Below are positions 17,249-19,038 of a stretch of 19,038 bases of DNA, piece by piece. Where the stretch lies: contig JAEOTB010000100.1 in the NCBI GenBank assembly GCA_016840065.1, positions 1 through 19,038 on the forward strand, given 5' to 3'. A model generated the notes under the pieces. It was not told where the DNA came from and ran no database searches. It saw only the letters and a program-made list of their open reading frames with translations. The position numbers and the translations under genes were made by a program. The DNA is from Candidatus Hermodarchaeota archaeon. GTDB taxonomy: Archaea; Asgardarchaeota; Hermodarchaeia; Hermodarchaeales; Hermodarchaeaceae. The first letter of the stretch is position 1. Each line of letters opens with the position of its first letter.

Positions 17249-17438
17249 CGAAATAACATTCGCTTTAAAACCATAGCTCCAAACCTAATAGAACAGATAC
17301 TACAAGGAAATAAAAACTTTGCCGTAATACTCACCGCCGAGTTTCTACTTCTCTTTCTGTTCCATGTCAAGACGGCGTTCCGTACCTCGGAAGAACCTTT
17401 ACTGGATTCCTTCAAGTTCTTATCTTGACAAAATCGCT

Positions 17439-18002
17439 TCACCTAAGTTTTTGTCGGCAAATCGGACAAATCACGTGCGTCTCTAACCAATCTAGGAGGT
17501 GGTCCTTGTGAGCCTGACCCTGGCAATGCGGGCAGACCAACATCAGACTCCCCTCCACAATCGGGTGACGACACACCATGCAGGGCTCGCCCTTCCCATC
17601 ACTAACAAATTCCTGCACAGAGTTAACACGATGCCCTGTTGTCACAGAGCTCTCTGTTCTAGAAGGAATTGCGGTTGTGTCATCTTTCTGTAGCATTTCT
17701 TGTAAAATTCTTCTTTGCCTTCTGATTATCTCGGGTTCAACTAGGGGTAGTGAAGGTATGGTCTCTGTTCTAGAACGGACAGCGGTTGTGTCATCTTTCT
17801 GTAGCATTTCTTGTAAAATTCTTCTTTGCCTTCTGATTATCTCAGGTTCAACAAGGGGCAGCGAAGGTATGGATTCCATAGTGGTTCTCCTAAATACGTC
17901 TCTTTTCTTTCTTCGATCACTGCAAATAGTTTGGACAACCCAAATCCAACCCACACCTAGAAGGAAGAACCCCGCCATCATAATAACGAGGTACTCGATC
18001 AT
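17439..18002 (-). CDS. 1-TM membrane protein with internal 37-aa duplication and C-terminal RING-type zinc finger (putative E3 ligase)
   Basis: N-terminal TM followed by RRKKR. CMVC-x12-CPHC-x4-H-x2-H-LLDWL-x5-CPICR. SD GGAGG. Confidence 0.85.
   Translation of the reverse strand: MIEYLVIMMAGFFLLGVGWIWVVQTICSDRRKKRDVFRRTTMESIPSLPLVEPEIIRRQRRILQEMLQKDDTTAVRSRTETIPSLPLVEPEIIRRQRRILQEMLQKDDTTAIPSRTESSVTTGHRVNSVQEFVSDGKGEPCMVCRHPIVEGSLMLVCPHCQGQAHKDHLLDWLETHVICPICRQKLR
17651..17872. repeat. Tandem direct repeat, 2 x 111 bp, in frame (37 aa)
   Basis: Copies 17651-17761 and 17762-17872 have 8 mismatches in 111 bp by manual alignment. Confidence 0.95.
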
Positions 18003-18069
18003 CAGAATAAGTCCTCCATACTTCTCTCACACAACCAATCCTACAAAACCATTCTAAACCTAACTACTC

Positions 18070-18086
18070 TAAAGATTTAATCTTTA
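18070..18086. promoter_or_regulatory. 17-bp palindrome TAAAGATT-T-AATCTTTA in the spacer between two RING genes
   Basis: Perfect 8-bp arms with a 1-nt spacer, overlapping a TTAAAT TATA-like element on the minus strand. Confidence 0.35.
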
Positions 18087-18122
18087 CTAGCTACCTTTCC
18101 GTTCAGGGCTTCTTGTATATCC

Positions 18123-18671
18123 TCAACCAAGTTTTCGTCGACATATCGGGCAAATCCTCTTTTCCTTTAGCCAATCTAAAAGATGACTTTTATGGGCCTG
18201 GCTATGGCAGTAAAGACAGATGAGGATGGTATCCCCTTTCTCAATTGGATGGCGACACACCATGCAGGACTCACTTGTGCCATCGCTTATGGTCTCCTGA
18301 GCCCTTATTTCTCGAACCCTTGAAATCCTATGAGTTTCAGGTACATGCCTTCTGCGTCTAATACGAGTTATCTCTACTTGCCCTTCGGTAGCCATTCTTC
18401 TGGGTCTCGAGGGCTCTTTAACCCGAAGCCCTATTGAAAGGAGAAGGATTGTGCAAAAGGATGCCCACATTATAATTAGGGCTATTACCGCATAAAACTG
18501 AATATAGAGTTCTTCTATAGTGATAGGATAGTACAATCTTGGTCCAAATATTACTGGCACAAGAAACCAAGTCGAAATGATACTGATACACAAAAAACAG
18601 AAATTAAAAATAACACAGGGGACGGCGTTTCGATCGGAACGGTTGTTCTCCAATGTGCGTCTACTTGACAT
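18123..18671 (-). CDS. 2-TM membrane protein with C-terminal RING-type zinc finger (putative E3 ligase)
   Basis: Two TMs, an Arg-rich linker and CMVC-x12-CLYC-x4-H-x2-H-LLDWL-x5-CPICR. Confidence 0.85.
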   Translation of the reverse strand: MSSRRTLENNRSDRNAVPCVIFNFCFLCISIISTWFLVPVIFGPRLYYPITIEELYIQFYAVIALIIMWASFCTILLLSIGLRVKEPSRPRRMATEGQVEITRIRRRRHVPETHRISRVREIRAQETISDGTSESCMVCRHPIEKGDTILICLYCHSQAHKSHLLDWLKEKRICPICRRKLG

Positions 18672-18708
18672 ATACCATATCCCTATTCTACAGATGAGAC
18701 ACTAATCA

Positions 18709-18960
18709 TTAATTCGAGGATTTAAGCTTGCCTTGTCGCAACCTTGCCCTCTGATGGATCACTAGTACTATCGCGATGACCATAGGTATCGAGCTAACGC
18801 CCACCGTTAAGGGAATGTAAGGAATATTCGATGGGTCCCACAGAAGCCAGGTCACAGCAATCAGGATGAAGAATGCAAAGAGAATGACAGAGAAGCACAG
18901 ACAGGTCGTCAGGCAGCAACCTTCAGCTCGATCTGGATAGCTCCGTCTCCTTATCTGCAT
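18709..18960 (-). CDS. Small 2-TM membrane protein, probable RING-less paralogue of the array
   Basis: RRR-containing N-terminus, then TM1 with CLCFSV (compare CLCLSV in 16333-16776), TM2 and a short basic tail. No RING remnant in the 37 nt before the next gene. Confidence 0.65.
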   Translation of the reverse strand: MQIRRRSYPDRAEGCCLTTCLCFSVILFAFFILIAVTWLLWDPSNIPYIPLTVGVSSIPMVIAIVLVIHQRARLRQGKLKSSN

Positions 18961-19038
18961 GGGTCATCAAACCGAATCTACTTCATTTCCATTCCTAAAA
19001 TATAATTGCTTGATTCTCCCTCACCTTCATTAGGTTCC

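Noticed and set aside
17242-17442. 66-aa ORF between RING genes, or a possible degraded extra paralogue
   Set aside because: No TM or RING motif, and the other frames contain multiple stops. It cannot be supported as a gene or pseudogene.
17651-17872. Direct repeat considered as CRISPR or mobile-element ends
   Set aside because: Two abutting 111-bp in-frame coding copies with no spacers, cas genes or transposase.
17578-18057. 159-aa plus-strand ORF with CxxxC repeats
   Set aside because: Antisense of the TM-RING gene. Its repeat is simply the 111-bp duplication read on the other strand.
18978-19038. Possible 3' end of an upstream minus-strand ORF (EPNEGEGESSNYILGMEMK*)
   Set aside because: Too short at the window edge to distinguish from promoter or intergenic sequence.

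Overview
Archaeal chromosomal segment, judged from GGTGA/GGAGG ribosome-binding sites, TATA-like boxes and apparently leaderless starts. An Asgard-type host is inferred from the RING-finger family. Left to right: (1) a large exported LVIVD-repeat/FN3 surface protein that runs off the left edge and is missing from the ORF track; (2) a stand-alone class I pyridine nucleotide-disulfide reductase; (3) a candidate 38-aa small ORF; (4) a translationally coupled pair of a multipass membrane protein and an EEP phosphoesterase that resembles a split Cwh43/PGAP2IP; (5) a class I/II PLP aminotransferase; (6) a membrane-anchored tandem LEA_2/WHy-like protein; (7) a GC-rich orphan PolB2 DNA polymerase; (8) a tldD-tldE(pmbA)-nitrilase operon. 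The right end (15.8-19.0 kb) is the most striking part: a tandem array of six small membrane-protein genes. Three carry an intact C4H2C2 RING-type finger (candidate membrane-anchored E3 ligases), one is a RING pseudogene with an in-frame TAA and a Cys-to-Tyr change, and two lack a RING. One member has a recent 111-bp internal duplication. No rRNA, tRNA, CRISPR or transposase was seen.
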